DNA of 63,992 bases, counting the filler, from an uncultured bacterium (GTDB taxonomy: Bacteria; Latescibacterota; UBA2968): NCBI GenBank assembly GCA_964471275.1. It is 9 parts of 9 records of this genome, joined end to end, with 100 filler letters (N's around TTAATTAATTAA, not from the genome) between each part and the next. Parts side by side here need not be neighbours in the genome. Positions count along the whole stretch, not along the records: positions 30,455 to 37,899 come from CAYYGZ010000232.1; positions 38,000 to 45,353 come from CAYYGZ010000233.1; positions 45,454 to 52,803 come from CAYYGZ010000234.1; 6 more parts are not named here. One strand, 5' to 3'. Below the pieces are notes generated by a model. The model saw only the letters and a list, made by a program, of their open reading frames with translations, was not told where the DNA came from and did not search any database. Within the stretch, counting starts at the first letter, position 1; every line of letters starts with the position of its first letter. Made by a program: the position numbers and the translations under genes. This document shows, in pieces, positions 37,621 through 47,936 of the stretch.

Positions 37621-37899
37621 ATGAAAGCGAGTGCTATGTCGAACGAAGAGCGGTTTGAGGAATTGGCGGGATTGAAGTGGGAAGAGGCATATCACGATTC
37701 CTGTACAGGGAATTGGGAGGATGGGTGGTTCCTGGACGGGTTGAGGGCGACGGTCAAGAATTCCGAGAAGGGGATGGTTCTCTCCGCGGGCCCGATCGAA
37801 CGAGATCACGCGTCCCACTGTGTTCTCTGGACGAAATCGTCCTTCGATGGGGATGTGAAGATCGAGTTCGACTACTGGCGGATGGATACGATTCAGAAG
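37621..37899 (+). CDS. YesU/DUF1961-like protein, partial (start uncertain)
   Basis: DSCTGNW...WFLDG, AGP, HCVLWTKSSFDGDVKIEFDY. Confidence 0.65.
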
Positions 37900-37999
37900 N
37901 NNNNNNNNNNNNNNNNNNNNNNNNNNNNNNNNNNNNNNNNNNNTTAATTAATTAANNNNNNNNNNNNNNNNNNNNNNNNNNNNNNNNNNNNNNNNNNNN
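37900..37999. other. Artificial contig linker
   Basis: N44-TTAATTAATTAA-N44. Confidence 0.99.
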
Positions 38000-38233
38000 C
38001 ACCAGACGTCATCTGGTTCCCACTTCACACAGAAGTCTACCTGTACTCTGCCTGTAGAAAGGGGTCGGATCACGCTGTCGGGCAATCGATTGATCAAGAC
38101 ATCAGGCGAACGGCGTACAGAAACGAACATAGATGATGCTACCGAATGCCGGGCACTCCTAAAGACGCGTTTTGGCTTCGATCTCGAAGAAGACGCAAAC
38201 GTTGAAATGATTTTGAACCCGCCACCAGGATGA
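38000..38233 (+). CDS. Arylamine N-acetyltransferase, C-terminal part (not in ORF track)
   Basis: HQTSSGSHFTQKSTCT...GRITLSGNRL...LKTRFGFDL. Confidence 0.75.
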   Translation, partial: HQTSSGSHFTQKSTCTLPVERGRITLSGNRLIKTSGERRTETNIDDATECRALLKTRFGFDLEEDANVEMILNPPPG

Positions 38234-38269
38234 CAGGCGCGGATACCCATTCACGGAAGATGTTCAGGT

Positions 38270-40179
38270 ATGTCTGACAGCAACTTGATCGCCTCATCCC
38301 TCTGGTCCGGTGAACCCGATAAGGGTCACGTATATCACCTGAGCGATGTATCCGACACCGAGCGAACGCGGCGCTACGGATCGGGTGTGATAGATCTCCC
38401 TGACACGATCACAGCGGGAGATCGCGTCGATCTCCGGTTCTCCTTCCAGGCAGGCGACACGCCGCTCGCGGCGGGTTCCGCCATCCGAATTGCCTGGCGG
38501 TGGCCCTTCGACTGGGCTGACCTCCAGCAAGACGACCCGCTTGAAACTAATTTCCTCAACATCCCCGCTCCCGATTCTGTCGATATCAAAGCCCGATACG
38601 AGCACCGTGGAGATCTCAATCCCTGGCATCACGACATCGACCTTCGTGTTTCGTCCGGGACGCTGAACTCAGGCAACTCGATCGAAATCACTTGCTCGGC
38701 CTGGGATACGCCGACGTTCGCGACTGCCGATGGCTACTTCTTGATGCTCATCAACCCAGACGGCGACGATCGCTTGATTCGGCTTGTGGACCCACCCCGA
38801 TTCAGTGTCACACCCGCCAAGCCTGACCGTCTGATCGCAATCTCACCAGGCGATGGTTTTGTCGGTGAGACCGAAACAATACGGGTCAGGGCAGTTGATG
38901 CGTGGGAGAATGCAGCATCGACAGATGTTCCAAAACTGGACTGTCGTGGAGCTGTAATCGGGGAACCTGCCCGTTGTGAGCGATACCCGGTTTGGGAAAT
39001 CCCCGTCAGTTGGAAAGATCCTGGTGTGCATCGTCTGAAGGTCACAAGCGGCTCGCTGTCGTGCGAATCGAACCCGACTCGCGTGTCGGAAACGAGACCC
39101 GGCTGCCGTATCTACTGGGGCGACCTGCACGCCGGCCAAAGCGAGATTGGCTGTGGCGCAGGATCACTCGACCAGCATTATGCCTATGCACGCGACGTTG
39201 CCGGTCTACAATTCGCATCACAGCAGGCCAATGATCACTATATCACGGCCAAACTGTGGGATCACGTTCGCACGGTCACGCCGGAACACAATGTCGAAGG
39301 CGAATTCCTCGCATATCTCGGCTGCGAATGGAGCCCATACACGGAGGATGGAGGTGACCGCAACGTCATCTACTTGACAGATGAGCACCGGATGAGAAGG
39401 TCAGACCGCTTCTTCCGTGAATGCGAACCCGAGAAGGAGCCGGACCTTCGTCGCGCTCCCGAGTTCCTCGAAGTCTTCAGAAAGGAGAAAGTGCTCCTCA
39501 ACCTTCACGTCGGTGGGCGGCCGACCAATCTCGGTTGGCACGTCCCGGAGATCGAACCGCTGTTTGAAGTTCACTCGACCCATGCGACTTCTGAATGGTT
39601 TCTCTTTGCCGCAATTCGGAGAGGTTGCAAAGTCGGCGTCACTGCGGGCACAGATGGCGTCATGGGAAGACCTGGCGCCTGCGGAGCAGGACGTCGGGTG
39701 ACACGCAACGTGCGGAACGGTCTGAATGCCGTGACCGCGACCTCTCTCACGCAGCGAGCGGTCGCAGAAGGCTTCTATGCCCGTCACTGCTTCGGCACTT
39801 CAGGTGCCCGTATTCTACTGGATGCCACGATCGATGGTCACGCCGCAGGGAGTGAGATCACGATCGGCGGTGCAACGCATCTTCAGATCAGCTGCGAGGG
39901 AACAACTGGTATCGAGCGCATCGATCTCATCGAATCGCGCCAGCGTGCTCATTTTCATGTTCGATGTCCGACATCCAGAAGCCGAATGTGTTCGAAGCAG
40001 GAGATGTCTGCCGACGGATTGAAATCGGTCCGTCGCCATCACCTTCAACATCTCAGTCAGTCAGCACCCGATTCTCAATCGACCCCATTTCCGGCGAACA
40101 CGCTTACTGGGTCCGTGTTACGCAGACCGACCGCCATCGCGCCTGGAGCTCCCCGATCTACGTGACTTTCGATGCTTGA
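38270..40179 (+). pseudogene. DUF3604 (PHP-like metallohydrolase) protein with C-terminal deletion/frameshift near 39930
   Basis: YWGDLH, ANDH, GCEWS, GDRNV, HVGGR, EVHSTH, GTDG..GRPG; terminal YWVRVTQ...AWSSPIYV lies in another frame. Confidence 0.72.
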
Positions 40180-40299
40180 CCACAATTCTGCCGTGACGGT
40201 GCCGCCTACGACCCGGGCACCGTCGACTCCTCGCGTCCTTAGCTGGGTCGCCACAACCCGCTGCGCAAGCGGCTACGTGTCCATTCCTGTGAGTATAAA

Positions 40300-41058
40300 A
40301 TGTCCAACACAACAGTCGAGCTTCTGAAGTCTCATCGCACCGTCCGTCGCTACACCGACAAGCCCTTACCCGATGGCCTCCTGGAGGAACTCATCGCCTG
40401 TGGCCAACAGGCCAGCACATCCAGCAACGTCCAAGCGTACTCCATCATCCATATCGCCGACTCGGATCGGAAGGACCAGATGGTCGAGCTGTGTGCCGGT
40501 CAGGTTCAGATCGCACAGAGCGCTGCATTCCTGGCCATCTGCGCCGACCTTCACCGCAATCGACTGGCCTTCGACATGCACGATGGCGAACGTTTTGACG
40601 GCGAGTATGTCGAAGCCCTGATGATCGGCTCGGTCGACGCGGCACTCGTCATGCAGAACATCGCTGTGGCTGCAGAGTCACACGGTCTTGGCATCTGCAT
40701 GATCGGTGCAATTCGGAATAAGCCGACCGAAGTCGGTAATCTTCTCGAGCTCCCCGATCACGTCTTCGCCATCTCCGGTCTTTGCATCGGCTATCCTGAC
40801 CCCGAGGTGCCCACATCTGTAAAGCCCAGGCTGCCGGTGCCCGCTGTTCTGCATCGGGATCGATACCTCAACGATGATACCATGCTCGTCCACATGGAGA
40901 CCTACGATCAAACGATTACGGAGTTCTACAAAGAACAGGGATTACACGATCGGGATCCCCGCTGGACAAAAGTGGTGTCTGGTCGTGTCGCCCGATTCCA
41001 CGACAGAGCCGACCTGGATATCTACCTGAGGAATCAGGGCTACAACTGGCAATCGTAG
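40300..41058 (+). CDS. NADPH-dependent nitro/flavin reductase (NfsA/Frp family)
   Basis: SHRTVRRY, ASTSSNVQAYSII, CADLHR, DAALVMQN, IGAIRN, KPRLP. Confidence 0.93.
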   Translation: MSNTTVELLKSHRTVRRYTDKPLPDGLLEELIACGQQASTSSNVQAYSIIHIADSDRKDQMVELCAGQVQIAQSAAFLAICADLHRNRLAFDMHDGERFDGEYVEALMIGSVDAALVMQNIAVAAESHGLGICMIGAIRNKPTEVGNLLELPDHVFAISGLCIGYPDPEVPTSVKPRLPVPAVLHRDRYLNDDTMLVHMETYDQTITEFYKEQGLHDRDPRWTKVVSGRVARFHDRADLDIYLRNQGYNWQS

Positions 41059-41126
41059 AAGTGCGGTGAGAAGCGGAAATTCGTGAGCCTTCTGATCCAG
41101 TTGCGTCGTGATTACCAGAAACAGGA

Positions 41127-43084
41127 GTGACCTCGCTGATACGCTCATACAAAATTTGCGTCGCCTTTACGGTTATTGCCTGCACGCCCGGCGAGCGGAC
41201 CTCTGATCATGCGAACACGGACGCACCTTCGACGGCAGCTGCATTCGACATCCATCGGACCAGGGCACCGCTTGCGATCGATCAGGCGATCCTGGACGGT
41301 CGAACCTTTGGACAGTCACCGATGTGGGACCGCAAAGTCCGTGCGGAACGACTCCCGCCTGTCAGTGATCGCCTCCCCCGGAATCCACGCGTCATCATCC
41401 CCTTCAAAGAAATCGGTTCCTACGGTGGGAGGATCCGCCGTGCCATCACAGGTGATATCGTCCAGGTGCCGGCTACGATGAAAGCGAAGGACGAGGGTCT
41501 TCTCACCTTCGCGCATCCCATGGGCGACTCGATCGAGCCAAACCTCGCTGAGCGTTGGGAATTCAAGGACGATGGACGAGAGCTATACGTCTACATTCGT
41601 GAAGGCATCAGATGGTCGGATGGTCACCCGTTCACTGCGGATGACGTGCTGTTCAACTACAACGACCTGCTGATGGACGAGGATGGTCGTCCCCTTGACC
41701 GAAACGTCACGCCTTCGGCATTCCTGGTTGACGGCAGACCGATCAAACTGGAGAAGATCGACGATCTGACGATCAAGTTTTCCGCCGACAGGCCAATGGG
41801 AAGGATTCTATATGGCATCGCCAACCACGACCTGTTCGCACTTCCCTTGCACGTCTACGGGAAGTTGCATCCGCGGCACAATCCGGATGGTGACTATGAG
41901 GAGTTCCGTCGTCGCGCAACGCGTGCCCAGTTCCTGTATACCGAGGGTAACCCGACGCTCGCTGCCTGGCGTCCGATCCAGTGGGTTCACGGTCAGCGCG
42001 TCGTCTATGAGCGCAATCCCTACTACTGGNNNNNNNNNNCTACTGGAAGGTGGACACAGCAGGGAATCAGCTACCTTACGCGGATTATCTCGAATTCACC
42101 GTGATCCCGGAGAAGCAGGTCATCCTGCTGAAATTCATGAACGGTGAACTGGATCTGTTTGGACGCTACTCTCAGATCGACATGTTTCAGATGCTCAAGC
42201 AGGCTGAACGTGAAACGGGCAACTTCACGGTCTATCTCTCCGGACCGACACCGGCGCAGGTCTTCTACCTTAACTGGGATGCACCGGACCCGCAAGTTCG
42301 AGAGGCCTTCCGGAATCGGGACGTGCGAATCGCGCTGTCCACAGGTCTGAATCGGGAGGAGATCAATCAGCTCCTGTTCTACGGATTCCTGGTGCCCGCT
42401 GGATACTCCTTCTATCCACCCAGCCCCTATGCCGAAGAGAAACACTACAAGCGGCATACCGATTACGATCCTGACCGGGCGAAAGCGCTGCTCGACGCGG
42501 CCGGATACCGAGACACGGATGGTGACGGCTACCGCGAATACCGGGACGGCAGCCGCTTTGAATTCACAATCGACATCGTCAGCGCCGGCGGCAACAGCGA
42601 CATCACGGAACTTGTGACGTCACACTGGGAAGCCATCGGTATCAAGGTGAACACCTTCGCCGCGCTCCGCGACATCATCATTCCGCGTCGCTTCAGCGGG
42701 GAATTCGAAGTTCACTACTGGTGGTTTGACGGGTCGGATGATCCCCTTCAGGACCGCTTCGAATGGGCCATCACCGGACCAAACCAGCCCTACTGGCACA
42801 GAAACGCATCACAGGAGGGTCCCGAGTGGCTGCACGAAGCCACACGTGCGATGGAACTTGCCGCCACGACGACAGATCCCGACAAGTTGCGAGAATACAT
42901 GATTCGTGCTCGTGATCTACATACCGATGAGGTAGCGGCGATTCCTCTCGGCGCGGCCTATCGTGTGTGGGGGGCGAACAACCGTCTCGGCAATATTCCT
43001 GAGGATGTATCCTTCGGCGAAACGCACGGCGCCTGGGGACGACCGTTGACGCACGAGCAAATCTTTGTGAAGCCAGCTCCCTAG
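41127..43084 (+). CDS. ABC transporter substrate-binding protein, family 5 (gap at 42030-42039)
   Basis: LPPVSDRLP, IGSYGG, PNLAERWE, WSDGHPFTADD, RNPYYW/KVDTAGNQLPY; TACTGG duplicated across the gap. Confidence 0.92.
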
Positions 43085-43100
43085 GCAAGACCGAGGCCAA

Positions 43101-43154
43101 CAATCGCCGGCAATCGCCGGCAATCGCCATTATCCAATACCCATTAGCCATTGA
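43101..43154 (+). repeat. CAATCGCCGG tandem plus 7-mer array (CCATTAT CCAATAC CCATTAG CCATTGA)
   Basis: Directly visible; inverted counterpart at 43749-43776. Confidence 0.75.
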
Positions 43155-43228
43155 GAGCACGTCACACTTCAGCTTCCCAATCGAGATTGGCAGGTGGTGA
43201 TCGAGGGTTCTCGCCGAGCCCGATCCGA

Positions 43229-43582
43229 TCATCCTCGCGCCTTTGCAGTGGACACGGACTTTCCGAGAATCCGCCGAAGCTGGTCGGATTCTTCGTAGAG
43301 TTTGCTGATATCGTTCGACGTCACCAATCGTGCCTTTATGATCAGTCTCAGCCAAGCATTTGACTCACGGATTTCCTTCAGACATATAGCCAGCTTGTGG
43401 ATGAGATCGCGCTTGCTTTCAGATCCGCACGCCTCTGCATAGTTAGCCATAGGTGAGGTGCCGCTTCTGACCAACTGATCGCTGATCTGTTTCGCAAATC
43501 GTGTTCTGGGCAGTGCATCTGTCACTCGCCCAATCTCAACCAAAAAATCCACTAGTCTTTCCTGCAGTTCGTCCGAGTCCAT
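43229..43582 (-). CDS. Four-helix-bundle protein (23S rRNA IVS protein-like family)
   Basis: DQLVRSGTSPMANYAEA, SKRDLIHKL.I.LKE.RES..WL. Confidence 0.93.
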   Translation of the reverse strand: MDSDELQERLVDFLVEIGRVTDALPRTRFAKQISDQLVRSGTSPMANYAEACGSESKRDLIHKLAICLKEIRESNAWLRLIIKARLVTSNDISKLYEESDQLRRILGKSVSTAKARG

Positions 43583-43748
43583 TCATCCTTCTCCCTGAAT
43601 TACGTGTTCCGTCGATTCAGTCAACCACGCATTCCAGCAAATGAACTGCCATCTGTTTCCTTCCCAAGCTTGCTGGCCTTCTAGCACGATTCTCCTCGGT
43701 CATCTGTCTACATCTTTCAACCATCATCGAATTCTGGGACCCCGGTTT

Positions 43749-43776
43749 CAAATGGATATTGGCTAATGGAAAATGG
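43749..43776 (+). repeat. 7-mer array (CAAATGG ATATTGG CTAATGG AAAATGG), inverted relative to 43127-43154
   Basis: Reverse complement CCATTTT CCATTAG CCAATAT CCATTTG. Confidence 0.75.
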
Positions 43777-43849
43777 AGAATCCCCCCTGTCTTCCTCTTT
43801 CGCCTTCCTCATTACGGCCTTACGTTACGTCCGTGCCCGTAACGCTCGC

Positions 43850-44238
43850 CCAGCGACATCGCCCACGTACTCGGCATCCTCCTCATCTTCGACGAAATCA
43901 TATCCTTTCGTCTCTCCTTCGGAGGGACACAGGAGGTATACGGGATATGACCCGATCTGACGCGTCTGGCGAAAATCATAGCGGGAGGCAGGGCAGGTGG
44001 GGCCTATGTTGTGGCAGCGGGATCGATCTTCCGGATACATTTCCTCGAACCGCGGCCTCAAAACTACCGTGGGGCCGCGCTGGATTCGAAGGCAAAACAC
44101 AGACAGCTCAACTTCTGGATGCTGAATCACCAGATCGTGATTCGCCAAGGGGGCGCACCCTCTCTGCCAATGACTGAAGAACATATCGGGCAGCTTGTGG
44201 ACGAAACACGATGCGCCCTAACAGAATGGCCTTTCTGA
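43850..44238 (+). pseudogene. Degraded class III aminotransferase (HemL/GSA-like)
   Basis: GILLIFDEIISFRLSFGGTQEVYGI*PDLTRLAKIIAGG...GAY then jumps to GSIFRIHF...PMTEEHI; TGA at 43948-43950 and internal deletion. Confidence 0.82.
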
Positions 44239-44948
44239 TGCCGGTACCGGTTCCCGATGGCCTCGTCTGCCTGACCTTCGATGATGGTGTCAAGTCACAG
44301 AACGACTTTGTGGCGCCGCTTCTCAAAGAGCTGGGCTACGGTGCAACCTTCTACATTTCGGAGGGATTGCGTTTCCGGGAAGACAAGGCACGCTACCTGA
44401 CCTGGGAGGAGATCGCGGAGCTCGATCGTCAGGGATTCGAAATCGGGAACCACACGCGTGCACACAGGAATGTAACAACACAGTCAGATGCGGAGCTGCT
44501 TGAGGATATTGTATTTATCGATGACCGCTGCTCCGAATGCGGGATCACGAAGCCGACAACCTTCTGTTACCCGGGCTACTCGAACGGTCCTGAAGCTGTC
44601 AGTGTTCTCCGGGAACACGGCTTCACATTCGCCCGTCGTGGGACTGACCCAGAATACGCATATAACCGCGAAGGCGGCCGAGGACCCGCGTTCGACCTGC
44701 AACACCACGATCCGCTCCTTGTTCCGACCACTGGTGCAGCGGGTCCACATTATTCGGAAGATGACTTCAAATGGTCCGTCGATCAGGCGATCGATGGACG
44801 TATCTGTGTCCTGACCCTGCACGGCGTACCGGACCTCGATCACGCGTGGGTCCACACGGAGCCGGACACCTTTGTCACCTACATGGATCACCTGCAGAAG
44901 AACGATTGCACCGTGATCGCACTGAGAGACCTGCAGCGATACTGCTGA
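44238..44948 (+). CDS. Polysaccharide deacetylase family protein
   Basis: LTFDDG, EIGNHTRAH, FCYPG, LTLHG; TGATG overlap at start. Confidence 0.92.
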   Translation: MPVPVPDGLVCLTFDDGVKSQNDFVAPLLKELGYGATFYISEGLRFREDKARYLTWEEIAELDRQGFEIGNHTRAHRNVTTQSDAELLEDIVFIDDRCSECGITKPTTFCYPGYSNGPEAVSVLREHGFTFARRGTDPEYAYNREGGRGPAFDLQHHDPLLVPTTGAAGPHYSEDDFKWSVDQAIDGRICVLTLHGVPDLDHAWVHTEPDTFVTYMDHLQKNDCTVIALRDLQRYC

Positions 44949-44976
44949 CGCGCTACTGAAAGGCAGAAAGAGAAAG

Positions 44977-45353
44977 ATGGCTTCGGAAAAAAACAGACGG
45001 TCCGCGGATGAACGCAGGAAAAGAGATGATCGCCGATCGCAGGAGGGCGGGCGGTCGAGAGAAGATGCCAAACACCAGGATGAAGATCGGCGTCAGGGCA
45101 ATAGACGGGCAGAGGAAGATCGTCGATCCGGCACGAAACGTCGAGCCAGGGAGCGGATGAATCTCGCCAAGATCGCCGGGTATGGTGTGGTCGGGTGTCT
45201 CATCACCATGTCTATCCTGATCCTACTCCCGAAGCTCGCACCGATTCCAAAACGAGGAGGCTCCAGGAAACTCGAGATAGGCACACTGAGCGCTGAACCG
45301 GAAAGAATCGTTTCATCAGTCCAGGCGAAGGCCAAGGAGCCAGATAAAACGGG
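44977..45353 (+). CDS. Hypothetical membrane-anchored protein with (D/E)RR repeats, partial
   Basis: NRRSADERRKRDDRR...DRRQGNRRAEEDRRSG followed by one TM helix. Confidence 0.6.
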
Positions 45354-45453
45354 NNNNNNNNNNNNNNNNNNNNNNNNNNNNNNNNNNNNNNNNNNNNTTA
45401 ATTAATTAANNNNNNNNNNNNNNNNNNNNNNNNNNNNNNNNNNNNNNNNNNNN
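45354..45453. other. Artificial contig linker
   Basis: N44-TTAATTAATTAA-N44. Confidence 0.99.
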
Positions 45454-45771
45454 GCATCGGACAACGTGAACAAGGGCGTCACATTCACGAATGTTCCCCA
45501 GAAACTGGTTACCCAAGCCCTCGCCGACACTCGCCCCCTTCACAAGGCCTGCGATATCGACAAAGCGCACCTGTGTGGGCACGACGGAATCAGGCTCCAC
45601 AATCTCCGTGAGTTTCTGCAATCGGGTGTCGGGTACTTCGACAACGCCGATGTTGGGCTCAACCGTGCAGAACGGGTATGCGGAGGCCTCTACGGCCGCG
45701 CTTGTGAGTGCATTGAAGAGGGTCGACTTCCCAACGTTCGGTAGCCCGATAATGCCAACAGATAGTGCCAC
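45454..45771 (-). CDS. ychF: Redox-regulated ATPase YchF, N-terminal part
   Basis: [43 protein letters not shown]. Confidence 0.96.
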
Positions 45772-45823
45772 GCTGTGATCCCAGAAATGAATCCGGCCAG
45801 CAACAAGCGTTGCCAGCCGGACG

Positions 45824-46120
45824 CTACAGGTTCACTCTGTCCAAGGGCAAACGGCCTCTACCCCCACCGATTGCGGCCACAAAATGAATCTCATCCGTGT
45901 CGGTAACCCTAGCCCGCAGACCGTCGTTTGTCACTTCACCATTGATCGATACGGCGAGGCCCGGTCTGATCCTGTCTTCCTCAACCAAGCGGCCTCGGAT
46001 CCCCGGGAACTGCTCTTCCAGATTCACAATAACTTCTCTAAGCGACACACCGGTCACTTCGATCTGTTCCTGGTTACCGGTCAGCTTGCGCATTAGTGAG
46101 GGTATCCAGACAACAGGCAT
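45824..46120 (-). CDS. MoaD/ThiS family protein
   Basis: [28 protein letters not shown] followed by a short extension. Confidence 0.85.
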   Translation of the reverse strand: MPVVWIPSLMRKLTGNQEQIEVTGVSLREVIVNLEEQFPGIRGRLVEEDRIRPGLAVSINGEVTNDGLRARVTDTDEIHFVAAIGGGRGRLPLDRVNL

Positions 46121-46125
46121 GCCGG

Positions 46126-46416
46126 TCAGGCCCTTCCATCACCTGTCCTGGACCAGAGTGCCTCTAGGTCGCGCGCTGGCGATATCCGTGGAACGCCTGT
46201 TCTGGTGCCGATCACAGCATGGATTGCGTTATCAACCGCCTCAGGCGGGGCCACGATCGGCGCCATTCGCACACCGTAGGGATGTCTAGGGCCTGGGACT
46301 TCCACGTCATTGATTTCGCTGCCCGTGATCCTATCGACACCATCCTGACGATTCGGGCGTAGCCCGATGATCTTGAAATCCGTTCTTCCTGAACTGACCT
46401 GGGATTTCGCCGCCAT
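46126..46416 (-). pseudogene. Collapsed xanthine dehydrogenase/CoxL-type molybdopterin large subunit
   Basis: N-terminal FKIIG.RP.R.DG.D.ITG joined in frame to C-terminal VEVP.P.HPYGVR...PIV.P..AV.NAI..A.G; 96 aa instead of roughly 750. Confidence 0.85.
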
Positions 46417-46898
46417 TATGCCTTCTCCAGGGACTCCGCCGTGTCCATGACCGCTCGGATGATCTTGTCGTATCCCGTGCAGCGGCAGAGGTTGCCCGCC
46501 AACCAGAGACGAATCCGTTCCTCACTCGGATTCGGGTCCTGATCCAGAAGTGCCTTTGCGGCAACGATAAAGCCAGGTGTGCAGATACCGCACTGAAGTG
46601 CGGCGTGCTCGAGGAACTTCTTCTGAAGCGGGTGCAGACCTTCCGGCGTTGCAACCCCCTCAATCGTCGTCACATCACTTCCTTCGGCCTCGACTGCCAG
46701 GACAAGACAGGAATCCACGACGCGGCCATTCAGGATCACGCTGCACGCCCCGCAATTGCCGTTGCCGCATCCTTCCTTCGTGCCAGTAAGGTTCATGTCA
46801 TCCCTCAAGACCTCCAGAAGCGTCTGACGGGGCTCACAGAGGAATTCTGTCTCTTCACCGTTAATCTTCGTTGTAACGTGTGTCTTCGCCATCGTCAA
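46416..46898 (-). CDS. (2Fe-2S)-binding small subunit (CoxS/CutS family)
   Basis: GTKEGC..GNCGAC, SCL, QCGICTPG, GNLCRCTGY. Confidence 0.95.
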   Translation of the reverse strand: MTMAKTHVTTKINGEETEFLCEPRQTLLEVLRDDMNLTGTKEGCGNGNCGACSVILNGRVVDSCLVLAVEAEGSDVTTIEGVATPEGLHPLQKKFLEHAALQCGICTPGFIVAAKALLDQDPNPSEERIRLWLAGNLCRCTGYDKIIRAVMDTAESLEKA

Positions 46899-47770
46899 GA
46901 ACCCTTTGCTCGGTCGATAGCGCCCTGGATTGCGCGGCGCGTCAGGACACCGGCCAGGTGGATGCGTTGCTCCATTGTACCCCGCATGTCCGTGATCGGA
47001 TTTGCTGCTTCCCGAGCGATCAAAGCTGCTTCTTCGATGATCTCATCGGTGATCTCCTTACCCGCCAGCAGGTTACCGATATCCCTCAGGTAGAGCGGCG
47101 TCGGCGCAACCGCACCGGCGGCCGCACGAGCGGATACAAACGCGTTGTGATCGTCACTCAGAACGAGATAGACAGCTGCGTTTGCCACGGCAATATCCAT
47201 CTCATTCCTTGGTATGAACCGGTGTGAATACCCGCCGGAATTGGGGGCCGGTGCGGGAAAATGGATCGAGACGACAAATTCGCCCTTACCCAGCACATTC
47301 TGTCCCGGGCCGGTGCAAAAATCCTCTGCAGCGACTTCTCTCGTGCCGTTGGGGCCGACAATTCTGGCAGTTGCGCCCAGAGCGATCAAAGCGGGAATCC
47401 CGTCAGCCGCGGGTGAAGCATTGCAGAGGTTGCCAGCCACCGTTGCCCGGCTCTGAACCTGGACGGACCCGATCAACTGCGTCGCGTCCGTCAGACAGGG
47501 GTAGGCGTCGTGGATGGCCGCATCTTCGTAGGTCTTGTAACAGGGAACGGCTGCCCCCAGGTGAAGTCCCGAATTTGGATCGAAGCTCAACACATTCGTC
47601 TCTGGGATCTTCTTGACGTCTACAACGACCTTTAGTCGACGGCGGTTCTCCTTCAAATGCACGATGATGTCAGTCCCGCCGGCGAGTATCCCGGCATCAT
47701 CACCATTCTCCGCAAGAATAGAGACCGCATCGTCAACAGACGAGGGCGCGGCATACTCGAACTCGTACAA
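46895..47770 (-). CDS. FAD-binding medium subunit (CoxM/CutM family)
   Basis: AGGTD, IGSVQVQSRATVAGNLCNASPAAD, PITDMRG. Confidence 0.95.
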   Translation of the reverse strand: MYEFEYAAPSSVDDAVSILAENGDDAGILAGGTDIIVHLKENRRRLKVVVDVKKIPETNVLSFDPNSGLHLGAAVPCYKTYEDAAIHDAYPCLTDATQLIGSVQVQSRATVAGNLCNASPAADGIPALIALGATARIVGPNGTREVAAEDFCTGPGQNVLGKGEFVVSIHFPAPAPNSGGYSHRFIPRNEMDIAVANAAVYLVLSDDHNAFVSARAAAGAVAPTPLYLRDIGNLLAGKEITDEIIEEAALIAREAANPITDMRGTMEQRIHLAGVLTRRAIQGAIDRAKGS

Positions 47771-47936
47771 AGTGCTATCCTCCTGGTGTTTTGGATCGAT
47801 TCAGGTGCGATCCTCAGCGTATCGGCCGCTTCGCAAGTTCACCGGCTAGAAAAGGGCCGCCTAGAATAAGATCCCCATTTCAGCGTGTCAAGCGGGATCA
47901 CCTGGATGAGGCAGGAGTAGAAGATCAACGAGCGTC

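Noticed and set aside
43229..43582. Diversity-generating retroelement Avd or rRNA intervening sequence
   Set aside because: No reverse transcriptase, TR/VR pair or rRNA on the contig.
46126..47770. Aerobic CO dehydrogenase
   Set aside because: The large-subunit active-site region is deleted, so substrate cannot be assigned; M and S subunits are shared by many molybdenum hydroxylases.
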